From Octopus vulgaris (lineage: Eukaryota), in contig OX597836.1 of NCBI GenBank assembly GCA_951406725.2, positions 19,468,001 through 19,532,000 of the forward strand: 64,000 nt of DNA, in the 5' to 3' direction. This document shows positions 12,171 through 26,116 of this stretch, piece by piece. Position numbers and translations under genes: made by a program. Every line of letters starts with the position of its first letter. Position 1 is the first letter of the stretch. Below the pieces are notes generated by a model. It did not search any database and had not been told where the DNA came from. It saw only the letters and a list, made by a program, of their open reading frames with translations.

Positions 12171-13885
12171 GCTATAGCATTATAGGTGTACGTATGCATG
12201 TATTTATTTAAATGCGGCCATGCTAGGATACCGGCTTTAAGTCGTACCCATAAAACCCCAAGCACTTATTTCATATTTTATTATACATGCATGTGCGTGT
12301 TTGTGTGGCAAGCTAGCTAGCAAGCTAGATTAAGCCATTCGATAATAAAATGCAAAACTTTCGCCCTTGTATTAATACCGGTATAGTAATAATACTAACA
12401 TTAAAGATTACCAAGGTAAGAAGCTTAGCGCAGAAAGACATAGTGATGACGATGTCAGTGATGATGATGCTGATGATGACGATGGTGGTTGTAGTGATGA
12501 TGATGATGATGATGGCCGTTCGGTGTGGTTGACAGCAGACCAGACCCCATTATCGGAAGGAATAATAATTATTTTTATTTCGAGATTGACTTTTACTTTT
12601 CATCCTTTCGAGGGAGATAAATTTAAGTACCAGTCGATTACTGAGGGTCGATGTAATCGACATATCTCATCCCACCCCCTCCAAATTCCAGGCCTTGTGC
12701 CTATAGTAGAAAGGATTATTATTCTTTCATAGAATTAGGAAAAAAAAAGACATTTGATTCGATAAGGAAGAGAAAAGGAGGAAGGGAGCAGGCTTGTGAA
12801 AAGGTCTTTCCTATACATATATTGGTATGTGTGCGTGTGAATATATATATATATATATACACATATGTATGTATATATATATATATATACACACATGCAT
12901 ATTCACACATTACACATGTAATCCACACACGCATATATTTATACAAATACACATACATGTGTGCACACATAATAAATGTGCATAAACTACATATACACAC
13001 GTACATACAAGTGCACACACACACACACACACATATACACACGCATACACACACACATACATTCAAACACATAACGAAACGAAACAGTAACAAAACGAAA
13101 CGAAACGAAATCTTCCAGAGTTATCAGGAGACAATTTCAACTGTCAATGCGCGGCATCAGAAGTAAAAAAATGAAAACAAAATTAAATAAGTTAATAAAA
13201 TCAAAAACACTGAAAAACACATGAAAATAAATAATTAAACAAAAATACAAAGAATAACACCACGACTAATAATAAATAACAACATGTGAAATGATAAAAG
13301 GCTTCGATTTGGGGAAACGGTTAGTTGTTATGGTAGAAACAGTCTTAAAGTATTGTTGATGGTGGTGAGGTGTTGGGATCGTCTGGTAGGGGGAGGGAAA
13401 GTGAAGCTGTTCCATCCTTACACTGGGAATGAACCCGTCTGTTTTTGACTGTCTCTTACCTCTGTCTCTCTCTTTATCTCTGTCTCTTTCTCTTGCACAC
13501 TTTCTTTGTCTAGTCTTATCCCTCTCTCTCTCTCTCTCTCTCACTCTCAATCAGTATCTTTCTTGCTCTCTCTCTCTCTCTCTCTCTCTGTTCCTTCTGC
13601 TGTCTTTCTCCCTTTCTCTTTCTCCACTTTCTTTATTTCTTCCTTTTTCTCTTACGCTCTCTCTCTCTCTCTTTATCTCTCTCTGTTCCTAGATTTCTTT
13701 TCCCTCTCTTTTCTGGGTCTGTTTCTCTTTCTTTCTCCCTCTTTGTTTCTTTGCATTTCTCCTTCCCTGCTTTTGTTTCTCTCTTTCTCTCAACGAAAAC
13801 CTTGTACATAAATATATATATATATATATATAAGTACGCATGTATATATATATGTGTGTGTATATGTATATATATATTTAAGTAC

Positions 13886-13924
<39 letters not shown>

Positions 13925-14267
13925 GTCTGTTTCTTCTCTTTCTTCCTTGTTATATGTTTCCAACTCCTCTCTTTCTCTCCCAACATATGTCTGTCTCTCT
14001 CTCGCTCTCATTCTCCTCCCACTCTGTATTTATGTCTCTCACTTTTACCCGCTCTGTCGTCATGTCTGTCTGTACCTCTCTCCCCCTCCCTCACTACACT
14101 GTTCTCTATCTCTCTCTCTCTTCCTCCCTCTTTCTCTCTCTTTCGTTCTCTGTTGTGTCTTTCCTGAAACATGGCTGATCTCTTCTCCATATCAACCTGA
14201 CAAACAAATCACACTTCTTATTTCATAATAATATTTAAGTTAAAAACTACATAAACCACCTCTCTCC

Positions 14268-14299
<32 letters not shown>

Positions 14300-14678
14300 C
14301 TCACACATTTACATATTTATATTTAAAACATCAGAAGAAAGCGGGGAAAAAAATATTTATGTTAAAAACCAAACAACACAAGAATTCCTAATAATCTCCT
14401 TTTTATGTATTAGAAATCCTTTTTTTTTCCGCGAAACATAATATAGTCTTCATTTTAAATAATATCCTTCAAATAATACAATATATCATATATATATATT
14501 TATATATATACAACATATATATATATATATATATACATACGTGCACACATTTAAATTTACATACAAGGGAAGAAAAGTACTTAAAGTAGTATATATATAC
14601 ACATATATATTTATATATATATATATATATATATATGTGTATGTATATATATGAACCTCGCTAAAGTACAGTGAGTGC

Positions 14679-14714
<36 letters not shown>

Positions 14715-15539
14715 ATGTATATATATGTATGTGTGTGAGTGGCTGTTCAAACATGCTTTTGAAAAAGGACCAAAATTCTTGAAAAAGAAATATACATATG
14801 TATGCTATATACAATGTTTGTATGTTCATATATATATGTGCGTGCGTGTGTGTGTATATATATATATATATATAGATAGATAAATGCATAATATAAAATT
14901 AACCAACTAATTATAAACAGCAACGTTTTTAATATACTGTACGACATCCGTAATGTTTGTTTCCTGAAAGAATATTTCCCCCTCAGTAAAAATAACATTT
15001 AATCATCATCATCATCGTCATTATCATTATCAACAACAAATGTAAGTTTCATATTTTAAATTTTGTGTTAATTCTTTTAATTACTTTTATACCCTTTTAA
15101 ACATTCTTTCATATTTTCTTTCATTTCCTTTTTTTTCCTTCATTGTATTTATAATCTCTTTCTCTTGTCTTCGTTTTGTTTCATTTCTTGTTTTTGTTTT
15201 TATTTCCTAGTTTTTGTTTTTATTTGTTCTGTTGTTTTCCCCAAAATTATTTCCTTCATTCATTATTTTTATGTGAAATCAATTAAAGTGTATATCCTTA
15301 TATATATATAATGCCGGTATATATATATATAGTTAGGCAGGTAATGTCATATATATATACATATATATACACGTATATATATGTCATGTCAATATATATA
15401 GTTAGAGGTAATGTCGGTTTGTCGGTATATATATATATATGTGCGTGTGAGTGTTTTCAAGAGTGTATAAATACACAGATAAGACCATCGGTAGGACTTC
15501 TTACATGCTAGAAACGACAGTCAACACAAACCACGAAAA

Positions 15540-15546
15540 AAATTCT

Positions 15547-15589
<43 letters not shown>

Positions 15590-15921
15590 TAGGTATATAT
15601 ATGTGTGTATATAGGTATATATATGTGTGTGTATATATATATATATATATACGTATATATATATATATATATATATGGCGGTGCCCCAGCATGGCCACAG
15701 CTCGTGAGCTGAAATTAGATAAAATAAAATAAACAAAAATGTATATATATATAGGTGTATATATATATATGCTTATAGATATGTGTCTTTATCCATTTGT
15801 ATATGTATATATATATAGATCTGTATATATGCATATGTGTATATATAGATCTATATATATATGTGTATATATATATGTATATGTATATATATATATATGT
15901 ATATGTATATATATATGTATA

Positions 15922-16016
<95 letters not shown>

Positions 16017-16042
16017 TATATGTATATGTATATATATGTATA

Positions 16043-16094
<52 letters not shown>

Positions 16095-16147
16095 GTATAT
16101 TATTATATATTATATATATATGTATATGTATATATATTATATATATA

Positions 16148-16199
<52 letters not shown>

Positions 16200-16497
16200 G
16201 TATATATATATGTATATATATGTATATGTATATATATATGTATATATATATGTATATACATATATATATATGTATACATATATGTGTATATATATATATG
16301 TGTATATATATATGTATACATATATGTGTATATATATATATGTATACATATATGTGTGTATATATATATGTATACATATATGTGTGTATATATATATATG
16401 TATACATATATGTGTATATATATATATAAATATATATGTGTATATATATATGTATACATATATGTATATATATAAATATATACATGTATATATATAA

Positions 16498-16584
<87 letters not shown>

Positions 16585-16704
16585 AATATATATATGTATA
16601 TATATATAAATATATATATGTATACATATATGCATATATATATGTATACATATATGCATATATATATGTATACATATATGCATATATATATGTATACATA
16701 TATG

Positions 16705-16736
<32 letters not shown>

Positions 16737-16755
16737 TATGCATACATATATATGT
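15540..16755. repeat. Very long (TA)n/(TATG)n microsatellite
   Basis: Seen directly; source of the poly-YI pseudo-ORFs. Confidence 0.95.
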
Positions 16756-17405
16756 GAGAGAAATGCTGGACATAAGAAGCATCAGATGTGGTGTGCAAGA
16801 GCGACGCTTGCGATGGTATGGTCATGTACTGCGGATGGATGAGGAGAGATGTGTGAAGAAGTGCCGCTCCCAAACAGTTGAAGGTATCAGGGGGAGACGT
16901 AGACCCAGGAAGACATGGGATGAGGTAGTCAAGCATGACCTCAGAGCGTTGGGCCTCACAGAGGCAATGGCGAAGGACCGAGATCTCTGGAGATATGCTG
17001 TGACTGCAAAGACCCGGGCTGCTTCCTGCACCAGTTCCGCATAGCCCCTGCCCATTCAAATTACCTTGGATTCCAGAACATCCCACTGTGCTTGAGGAGA
17101 CTTATTGAGTTGAGTACATGAACATCGAAATAAATATCAATGGAAATAGTAGTTGTGATACCTGTGCCAGTGGCACATAAAAAGCACCATCCGAACGTGG
17201 CCGATGCCAGCGCCACCTTGACTGGCTTCCGTGCCAGTGGCACGTTAAAAGCACCAACCGATCGTGGCCAATGCCAGACTCCCCTGGCACCCGTGCCGGT
17301 GGCACGTAAAAAGCACCCACTACACTTGCAAAGTGGTTGGCGTTAGGAAGGGCATCCATCTGTAGAAACACTGCCAGATCAGACTGGAGCCTGGTGCAGC
17401 CTCCT
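16754..17405 (+). mobile_element. 5'-truncated RTE-clade LINE 3' end (ORF C-terminus plus family C 3' UTR)
   Basis: [21 protein letters not shown]...[17 protein letters not shown]...DRDLWRYAV is a typical RTE C-terminus and runs directly into family C repeats. Confidence 0.85.
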
Positions 17406-17449
17406 TTCATTTCTTTTGAGCATATGCATGTCCTCAGCAGTCAGAGCTT

Positions 17450-18620
17450 GATGCCCTTCCTAACACCAACCACTCCGAGAGTGTAGTGGGTGCTTTTACA
17501 TACCACTGGAACGAGGGTCAGTCAGGCGGTACTGGCCACGGCCATGCTCGAAATGGTGTTCTTTACGTGCCACCTACACTGGAATCAGTCCAGTGGCACT
17601 GGCAACGACCTTGCACGAATGTGTTGTTCACGTGCCACCTGCACAAGTGCCAGTAAGGCAACACTGGTAATGATCACGCTGAAATGGTGCATTTTACGTG
17701 CCACCGGCACGGAAGCCAGACAGCTGCTCTGGCAGTGATCCCGCTTCGATGGAGCTGTTAGCGCTCCACTGGCACAGGTGCCAGTTATCAAATTTGGTTC
17801 AATTTCGATTTCATATGCCCCAACAGGTCTTCGCAAACAGAGTTTAGTGTCCAATGAAATGAGGTTGGCATGGGTGCCAGTCGTCGAATTTGGTTCTACT
17901 TTGAATTCATTTTCGATTTCACTTGCCTCAGCAGGTCTTTGCAAGCAGAGTTTTGTGTCCAAAGAAGGAAAGGTATGCATAATTGGGCTGGTTACATCTC
18001 TGGTAAAGGCCATGGGTTGTGGTCTCACTTGTCCTGCCAGGTCTTCTCATGCACAGCATATTTCCAAAGGTCTCAGTCATTAGTCATTGTCTTGGTGAGG
18101 CCTAATGTTCGAAGGTCGTGCTTCACCACCTCGTCCCAGGTTTTCCTGGGTCTACCTCTGCCACAGGTTTCCTCAACTGCTAGGGTGTGGCACTTTTTCA
18201 CACATCTTCATCCATTCTTGCAACATGACCATACCAGCGCAATCGTTTCTCTTGCACACCACAACTGATGCTTCTTAGGTCCAACTTTTCTCTCAAGGTA
18301 CTTACATTCTATCAAGTGTGTACACTGCCATCACACATCAATCGGAGCATACTGGCTTCATTCCTTGTGAGCTTATGCATGTCCTCAGCAGTCACGGCCC
18401 ATGTTTCACTACCATGTAGCATGGCTGTTCGTACACCTACGTCATACAGTCTGCCTTTTACTCTGAGCGAGAGGCCTTTGTCACCAGCAGAGGTAAGAGC
18501 TCTCTGAACTTTGCCCAGGCCACTCTTATTCTAGCAGTTACACTTTCAGCACATTTGCCCTCGCTACTGACTTGGTCACCTAGGTAACGGAAGCTATCAA
18601 CTACTTCTAGTTTCTCTCCA
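17450..18620 (-). mobile_element. Second RTE-clade LINE 3' fragment, convergent with the first
   Basis: Minus strand encodes [16 protein letters not shown]...RIRVAWAKFRE...[23 protein letters not shown], followed by family C repeats. Confidence 0.85.
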
Positions 18621-18879
18621 TGGAAGTTATATATAATTTATATATATATATACATTATACATATATATCTATATATCTATATATACATACACATATATGT
18701 ATTTTATATATATATATATGTATGTATATATATATGTGTGTATGTATATATATATATGTGTGTGTATGTATATATATATATGTGTGTGTGTATGTATATA
18801 TATATATGTGTGTGTATGTATATATATATATATATATATATACATATATATATGTGTGTGTGTATATATATGTATATGT

Positions 18880-20800
18880 ACTCCACCCATCTATCCATTT
18901 GCTTGCTTTGGTCCTTGATAAAATCTCCAGTAGTTGATTTCAGAGGGGCTGACTTGGTTGCAGATGGACCGAGGGCCTTCTTCAAACTAGCGTACATTCC
19001 ACGGGGGTCACCACTGTCAGGCAGCTGACTGGTTACTCTGACATATTTCCTGCCAATACCTATTTGCACTGTGTCTGGCAGTCAGTTGGGTTTTATTTCT
19101 TGCCTTTCCGAGTTCTTCGAGTGACTTTGTAGAAGAATTACTCTTGTATTGCATTAGAGCTGCATGCTTTGCTTCGATAACTGGTTCCAGCTCTGAGAGC
19201 TCAGCACTGAACCAATCTGGGTTTTGCCTTTCACTCATGCCGAAAGTCTCTACTGATGTGGTATACAAAGCTTCCTTGATATAATTCCACCTACTTTCAG
19301 CAGAAGAGGATGGGCAGCTACTGAGGGCAACCTTGATAGAAACAGCAAAACATTTTCGCAGTGTAGGGTCCGAGGTTCTAGCAGTGTTAATGCGTGTTCG
19401 GCTCATTTTCTTGGAGTGATGGACTTTTTGAGGCAGAATCCTCACCCTGCTTCTTATTAGTGAATGATCTGTGTCACAATCCATGCTGTGGTAACTACGG
19501 GTCAGTTGGACAGAATTCAGAAAGGATTTTCATGTAATGATGAGCTTCAACTGATGCCAGTGCTGGGATCCTGGATGTCTCTTTGATGCCTTGTGGGATG
19601 GCTTGTTGGCAAAGAATGTGTTGGTGATGCACAGGTTATGGTATGTGCAAAATTCAAGCAGTCTCTGACCATTGTCATTCATGTTGCCAATACCAAAGTG
19701 TCCGACACAAATGGGCCACGAGTCATGGTTAGATTCCATGCGAGCATTAAAATCTCCTAGAAGGTAGATGTTTTCGTTAGTTGGTATGTTTCTAATGACA
19801 CAGTTGAGATCTTTGTAGAACTGGTCCTTGGTCTTCTCTGAGCTGTAGAGAGTGGGAGCATAGATACTCAGTAGATGTACTGAGCCAGAAGAGCTCAAGA
19901 AGCACAGACAGAGGATATGCTCAGTGCCTCCTGATGGTGGTTCTATTGAGGAGAGTAATGAGTTTCTCGCTGTAAAGCCAACACCATGCTGACGAGGTTC
20001 TTCTGGATCGCTCCCCTGCCAAAAGAAGGTGAAATCCTCTTCTTTGAGTTTGCTGTTTGAGGGGAGTCTTGTCTCCTGCAGTCCAGCAATGTTGAGCCTC
20101 TTTAGTTCACGGTCAGTGATGGCCGTCTCTCTTGTGTCTACAACCTGAGTAGCTTATCAGATATGCCAGGGTACATGATCCTGACATTCCAGCTTGCTAA
20201 TCACAGGACTTGTGGTTTCTTGTCTTTTGATTGTTTTCCTGGTGCAGAAGTTGCAGGCTATTTTTCACGTCAAACTATTAGCTGCAAGCACCCAATGAAG
20301 CAGGCAGCCTGTGGCAGATCAGCACCTTATTAACCGGGGGTTGCCCAGCTTAAGGTGGGCAGTAACTCACCAATAGCACATGGGGTCCATCCCACAGTCA
20401 GAGGTAACCTGTAGCACTCATATCCTATGCCAATCAGAATGGACTTATTACTCGTGACTGCTACCTCCCGTGTTTTTTCTGCCACTTTTTACAGCATCAC
20501 TGAAGTGTCCTCTCCAGTTTTGCGCAGGCCTGGGTTAGATATAAGAAAATCCTAGGTTGCCCAATTGTCAGGATTCCTCTCTCGACTTTGCTGACCTAGT
20601 CCAAAGGAGTGCAGAGCATTACGTTTGGCACCAGCTTGGTTGCAGGAGCTGCTGGAAGAGTGTCGAGTTGAACACTAAACCACCTACAGGGCTCACTTCA
20701 AATTTCTTTGAAGGTTATCTCCTTTCCATAACCCTGAATAGGGGCCCATACCGGGTACTGTCAGCCAGAGCCAGCTGAGCCCAGGACTTGTGTCAGGCAG
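18880..20800 (-). mobile_element. RTE (BovB-like) LINE 5' part: UTR plus APE endonuclease, decayed
   Basis: Minus strand: NIAGLQETRL..., LLSIYAPTL...FYKDL...LLGDFNAR...NDNGQRLLEFC...ITNTFF, DCDTDHSLIRS, NPDWF. Confidence 0.88.
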
Positions 20801-20868
20801 GGTCGTCACTCCTTGAAGTAGTGAAGAAAATCGCTACCCACTACATAATATATATATTACGTATATAT

Positions 20869-20916
<48 letters not shown>

Positions 20917-20984
20917 TATATCTATATGTATATTATATATATATACATAATACATATATATATATATATATGGCATGGCATTTT

Positions 20985-21441
20985 GAAATGCAACTGCAAA
21001 GATAAGACTTGCTGTCTGTTGGAAAGTAAATGTTTTGGAAAAAGAATTGTTTATAGAGCTAAAGTGCAAGTAGATGGCTCACAAGAATATAAAACATACA
21101 CAGGGGCTTAGGAAAATTCATTCAAGACTTGATTCTATTCCCACTGAAATTCTTTCCGATATGCTGAGAATAGGACAGCAACTAGTCTTGCAAAGCATGT
21201 CTGGGAATTGAAAGAGAATGACACCCGTCCTTTCAATGTAACCTGGGAAATTTTAGAGAAAGCATCATCATACAGACATGGAGCTTATAAAAGACTGATG
21301 AAATGTAATCTTTGCCTCTCAGAAAAGTTCTTCATCCTGTTCCAGGATAAACATGCTTTGAACCAGAGACACAAGCTCTTAAATTTCTACAGGCTCATCG
21401 CAAGGTTTAAAATGTCAGTCAATAAAATACCATATGGGTAA
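20985..21441 (+). mobile_element. Penelope-like element, GIY-YIG endonuclease fragment (Naiad-like)
   Basis: CNCKDKTCCLLESKC..RIVYRAKV..KTYTG..FKT*FYSH*NSF..TSLAKHVWELK..VTWEILEKA..CNLCLSEK..LNQR. Confidence 0.85.
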
Positions 21442-21798
21442 AATGTTTTGACTTTTGGATAATTTTGACTGTCATATTTGAATTTGGTTTTACACCTAAT
21501 AGTTATTTTGTATTACAATATTTCGACTTCACTTTTAAGAAAACCTTTGACTGTTTTACAAATTTAAGCTTAAGCTTCGCTGACGTTTATTTTTACTCTT
21601 TACTCACACATTTAATTATGTAGTATCAGTTTATTGTGCAATTTCCTTATTTTAACATTTTAATATTATATATACCAGACAGTTTTTTTTAATTGTTTGT
21701 GTATATACATTATGATATATATATATTTATCTTGAAGTGAAGATATGTTTCTATATTTTCATGTATATGTATGTATTGTAGGTATGTGTATGTATGTA

Positions 21799-21838
<40 letters not shown>

Positions 21839-21877
21839 CACATACATACATACAGACATATATGTGTGAGACATATA

Positions 21878-22267
21878 GGCGCAGGAGTGGCTGTGTGGTA
21901 AGTAGCTTGCTAACCAACCACATAGTTCCGGGTTCAGTCCCACTACGTGGCATCTTGGACAAGTGTCTTCTGCTATAACCCTGGGCCGACCAATGCCTTG
22001 TGAGTGGATTTGGTAGATGGAAACTGAAAGAAGCCCGTCGTATATATGTATATATATATATGCGTGTGTGTGTTTGTGTGTCCCCCTAGCATTGCTTGAC
22101 AACCAATGCTGGTGTGTTTATGTCCCCATTACTTAGCGGTTCGGCAAAAGAGACCGATAGAATAAGTACTGGGCTTATAAAAGAATAAGTCCTGGGGTCG
22201 AGTTGCTCGATTTAAGGCGGTGCTCCAGCATGGCCGCAGTCAAATGACTGAAACAAGTAAAAGAGTA

Positions 22268-22268
<1 letters not shown>
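21878..22268 (+). mobile_element. tRNA-derived SINE family A (full length)
   Basis: GGCGCAGGAGTGGCTGTGTGGTAAG head, GGTTCAGTCCC B box, internal (TA)/(TG) tract, GGCGGTGCTCCAGCATGGCCGCAGTC...GAAACAAGTAAAAGAGT tail. This is the most abundant family in the window. Confidence 0.85.
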
Positions 22269-22302
<34 letters not shown>

Positions 22303-22866
22303 TATATATATATACAGACACACATACATACATGTGTGTGTATTTGTACGTATGTTTGTATTTATGTAGATATGCTTGTAATTTTATGCGTGCATTTTTG
22401 TACATGTACATTTTGCAAGCTGAATGAAGTATCTAACCTTCGTTAGATACTTTCCGAATACCATCATTTCACTCCCTCTAGCTCTACCTATTTTCCCCCT
22501 TTCTCTTTTATTTCTTTTTCTTCTTTTCCCCTTGTTTCTTTCACCTGCAACAATTAACTTTTATAAACATGCACCAGGAAATTTTGTGTGCATGCATACA
22601 TATATATGCATTTGTATATATTTATGTCTTTCCTATATATGTCTATATGTATGTGGCCATGTACCTGAGTCTGTATGTTTAGTGTATATACGAATATTAT
22701 AGATTACCAAATGTATATACAATCTAGCATGAAACTTTTTTGGATGGATATATCTTTTAATTAAATTTTATTTTTACAGCTAATTATTTACCCTGATTAT
22801 TCAGGCCTTATTCTTCTTTATAAGCTGCTTTTGAGTAAGCTACTTACCACACAGCCACTTCTGCAG

Positions 22867-22904
<38 letters not shown>

Positions 22905-22910
22905 CATGTA

Positions 22911-23305
22911 TAGGTGCAGGAGTGGCTGTGTGGTAAGTAGCTTGCTTACCAACCACATAGTTCCGGGTTCAGTCCCACTGTGTGGCACCTTGGGCAAGTG
23001 TCTTCTGCTATAGCCTCGGGCCGACCAAAGCCTTGTGAGTGGATTTGGTAGACGGAAACTGAAAGAAGCCTGTCGTATATATGTATTTGTGTGTATGTTT
23101 GTGTGTCTGTGTTTGTCCCCCTAGCATTGCTTGACAACCGATGCTGGTGTGTTTACGTCCCCGTCACTTAGCGGTTCGGCAAAAGAGACCGATAGAATAA
23201 GTACTGGGCTTACAAAGAATAAGTCCCGGGGTCGATTTGCTCGACTAAAGGCGGTGCTCCAGCATGGCCACAGTCAAATGACTGAAACAAGTAAAAGAGT
23301 AAAAT
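22911..23305 (+). mobile_element. SINE family A (full length)
   Basis: Near-identical to 21878-22268. Confidence 0.85.
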
Positions 23306-23599
23306 AGTATATAAATTAAGAAATGAGGTTTGAAGAACATGTTTATCGTTGTAAACATTGGCAAAAACATACCTTTAGTTCCTATAAATAATTTCTCCAA
23401 ATCTATAAAATTTGACCGTTAACTGTATTCTTACATTCCATTTCCACTACATATAACTGTTTCCACACTTTTAAGCTTTATTCTCATTCATCTATCACAC
23501 TATATTTCTTCACTCTTAATTTTCTGTTAATTTCTTTCTTTCTCCTTCTTCTCTAAATTACCTTTGACATTAAATCTGTTGACAGTTTAAAAAAAAAAA

Positions 23600-24110
23600 A
23601 TAACTTGCCAGTGTTCCCCTTCATCATTATACACTGTAATCACATTCAGTTAAAATGGCTTATCGATGTGTTTTGTTCCTCTTTTTTTCCCTGACGAGAT
23701 GATTGCATTGTTTTACATCTTTTTTATTCCCTCCGCAATAATATCTATGCTTTCTTCAAAACATATGTTGGAAGTATATAAAGATTTGAATAACACATGC
23801 GTTTGACTCCATTCCTTAATTTATCTATGTTATACAAAAACATTTCACTTAACCCTGGAATTTCTACTTTTATAAGTAGGCTGCAATATTCTTGGCACTT
23901 ATGTGAATTTTTGCTACCCTGGTAACTATTTATTTATTTTTTCTATGTTATTTTTACACATTGAAAAAATACACATACATTTATATACACTTCTTCAACC
24001 AGGTTTCCATATAACCTGCAAATAAAATAGTTAGTTACCACATATGGAGTTATTTGATATAAACACATCGCTTGAAGATATACCCATTCCCCCAAGAAAG
24101 GTTTTCCTTA
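23600..24110 (-). mobile_element. Highly decayed Penelope-like GIY-YIG fragment
   Basis: Minus-strand remnants CRLYG..VYKC and NICFEESIDII resemble the CxLxG..VYKC and CNLCLEEK motifs of the other copies. Confidence 0.4.
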
Positions 24111-24289
24111 AACAACGCATTGGCGTTAGGAAGGGCATCCAGCCGTAGAAACACTGCCAAATCTGACTGGGCCTGATGAAGCCTTCCGGCTTCACAGACC
24201 CCAGTTAAACCGTCCAACCCATGCTAGCATGGAAAACGGAAGCTAAATGATGATGCTGATGATGATGAACTCATTAGTAAGACAAACTT

Positions 24290-25420
24290 CTTTATTATCC
24301 GTATTAGGTGGCTTGCTTTCTTCTTTGACAATAAAGACATTAAATGACCTTCTAATCATCTAACTTCTGGATTCTGCAAATTCTTTAAATCTAAAAACAA
24401 TCCTCCACCTAACCTAAGACTGAAACAGTTTGAAGACGATCTCTGCTCTAGCGTGAGGAATGTGAAATTCCATCAGTCACTCTTAAGGAATAAACATCTG
24501 AAGTATCTTCACAATATCACAACATTAATGGGATACCGGTTCAATCTGATAAAACAAGAAACATATACAGACTTACCAAGGATTATTACCTAGAATTATT
24601 TATGAATGAAATACAAAAGAATTATAGGATTACTGGTAAAAGTGCTTTCAGGAAAGCTAACCTTGACGCTAAGGAAATTATGGAGAAATATGTTTTACAG
24701 ATGAAGACTGAACCTCATCATCATCATCATCATCATCGTTTAACGTCCGTTTTCTGCGCTAGCATGGGTTGGATGGTTCAACTGGGGTCTGTGAAGCCAG
24801 AAGGCTGCGCCAGGCCCAGTCTGATCTGGCAGAGTTTCTACGACTGGATGCCCTTCCCAACGCCAACCACTCCGCGAGTGTAGTGGGTGCTTTTTATGTG
24901 CCAGCGGCACGGAAGCCAGTCGAGGCGGCGGTGGCATCGGCCACGTTCGGATGGTGCTTTTTATGTGCCACCGGCACAGAAGCCAGTCGGAGCGGCGCTG
25001 GCATCGGCCACGTTCGGATGGTGCTGGCATCGGCCACGTTCGGATGGTGCTTTTTATGTGCCACCGGCACAGAAGCCAGTCGGGGCGGCTCTGGCATCGG
25101 CCACGTTCGGATAGTGCTTTTTATGTGCCACCAGCACAGGCATCACAACTACTATTTCCATTGATATTTATTTCGACGTTCATGTTCAAAAGATAACAGA
25201 CAAAATTTTTTTAATAACCCTACCTTATGTCTTATTTGTTCTTCTATCTCTGATACCGGTGTACTTAGCATAAATATTCTCGATAAATATATTCTTTCTT
25301 TAGTTAAAAAATTAAAACTAAATTTATGGTCTAATTCGTTCCAAGTGGTCAACTGGTTTAAGAAATGCACTAAGTTTAGAACAGATCTCAGAAAAAGACT
25401 ACATACAAGTTCATTCTTCA
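24290..25420 (+). mobile_element. Penelope-like (Naiad-like) RT N-terminal region, interrupted by a family C repeat at 24716-25180
   Basis: RIRWLAFFF..KQFEDDL..NVKF..VQSDKTRNIY..ANLDAKEI..FMFKDNRQNFFNNPTLCLI..SDTGVLSINILDK..NLWSNSFQVVNWF. Confidence 0.75.
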
Positions 25421-25870
25421 CAACTCCTGGAGCTGCTTTCAGATATGATCCATCCCATTCTTATAAAAATGATAATTTTGTCCAAATTTGTGTGCTAACT
25501 CAAATTGTCATTTCTGCAAAGCTTTAAAATTTCCAAATGAAACGAATGGTATGTGCTATTCAGGCAGTAAGGTAAGATTGACAGAACTACCAGTTCCTCC
25601 TCAACCTTTTATGAATCTTCTGAAAGGCACTGCCATCCAGTCAAAGGATTTTCTGAACAATATCAGACAATATAACTCTGCATTTCAAGTGACATCATTT
25701 GGTGCATCAAAGGAGATAGTTGAACATGGATTTACACTGAGGTTCAAAGTTCCAGGGCAAGTCTATCACCTCATTGCTTCTCTGTTTCCCACAAATGAAC
25801 AACCACAGTTCCTCTAAATTTACTTTTTGAGTGATGTAGGACAACAAACCCAAAGGAGGTGTCAAAACTT
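25420..25870 (+). mobile_element. Helitron RepHel N-terminal coding fragment (pseudogene)
   Basis: CHFCKALKFPNETNGMC..KVRL..PPQP..FLNNIRQYNSAFQVTSFGA..FKVPGQVYHLIASL..PQFL*IYF matches the conserved Helitron Rep N-terminus. Confidence 0.85.
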
Positions 25871-26116
25871 CAGATGATGGGTCGTGTTAGACGCAGTGCT
25901 GACCACCACAGAGTAGAGTATATCCACTGACAGCTTGTCAGTGCATTAAAAAGTCACATAGCCCTCCACTCCCAATTTTCCATGACAGGTTAGGGCCTGG
26001 AATACTCCAAATAGAGGCATGACATGTCGCTTAGTGGAATTAGCCCATCATTTACTCCAGAAATGTCTTGTCATCAGTACTGCACTTTCCCATATCACCT
26101 GTTTCTACATAACTAA

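Noticed and set aside
15739-17086. Long ORFs of 200-310 aa (poly-YI; also poly-SIYL at 11.4-12.2 kb, poly-CV/YI at 31.2-32.1 kb, poly-I at 58 kb)
   Set aside because: Translations of microsatellites that lack stop codons; not genes.
21120-21150. In-frame TGA codons in the Naiad-like GIY-YIG, considered as selenocysteine because some Naiads are selenoproteins
   Set aside because: The TGAs fall at likely Arg positions (CGA-to-TGA decay). The conserved Cys positions I could read are TGY in these copies, and other stops and frameshifts are present.
23320-23400. RCKH resembling the USP49 N-terminus (MDRCKHV)
   Set aside because: Followed by WQKHTFSSYK*; fits the CxH..K C-terminus of a Penelope-like ORF better.
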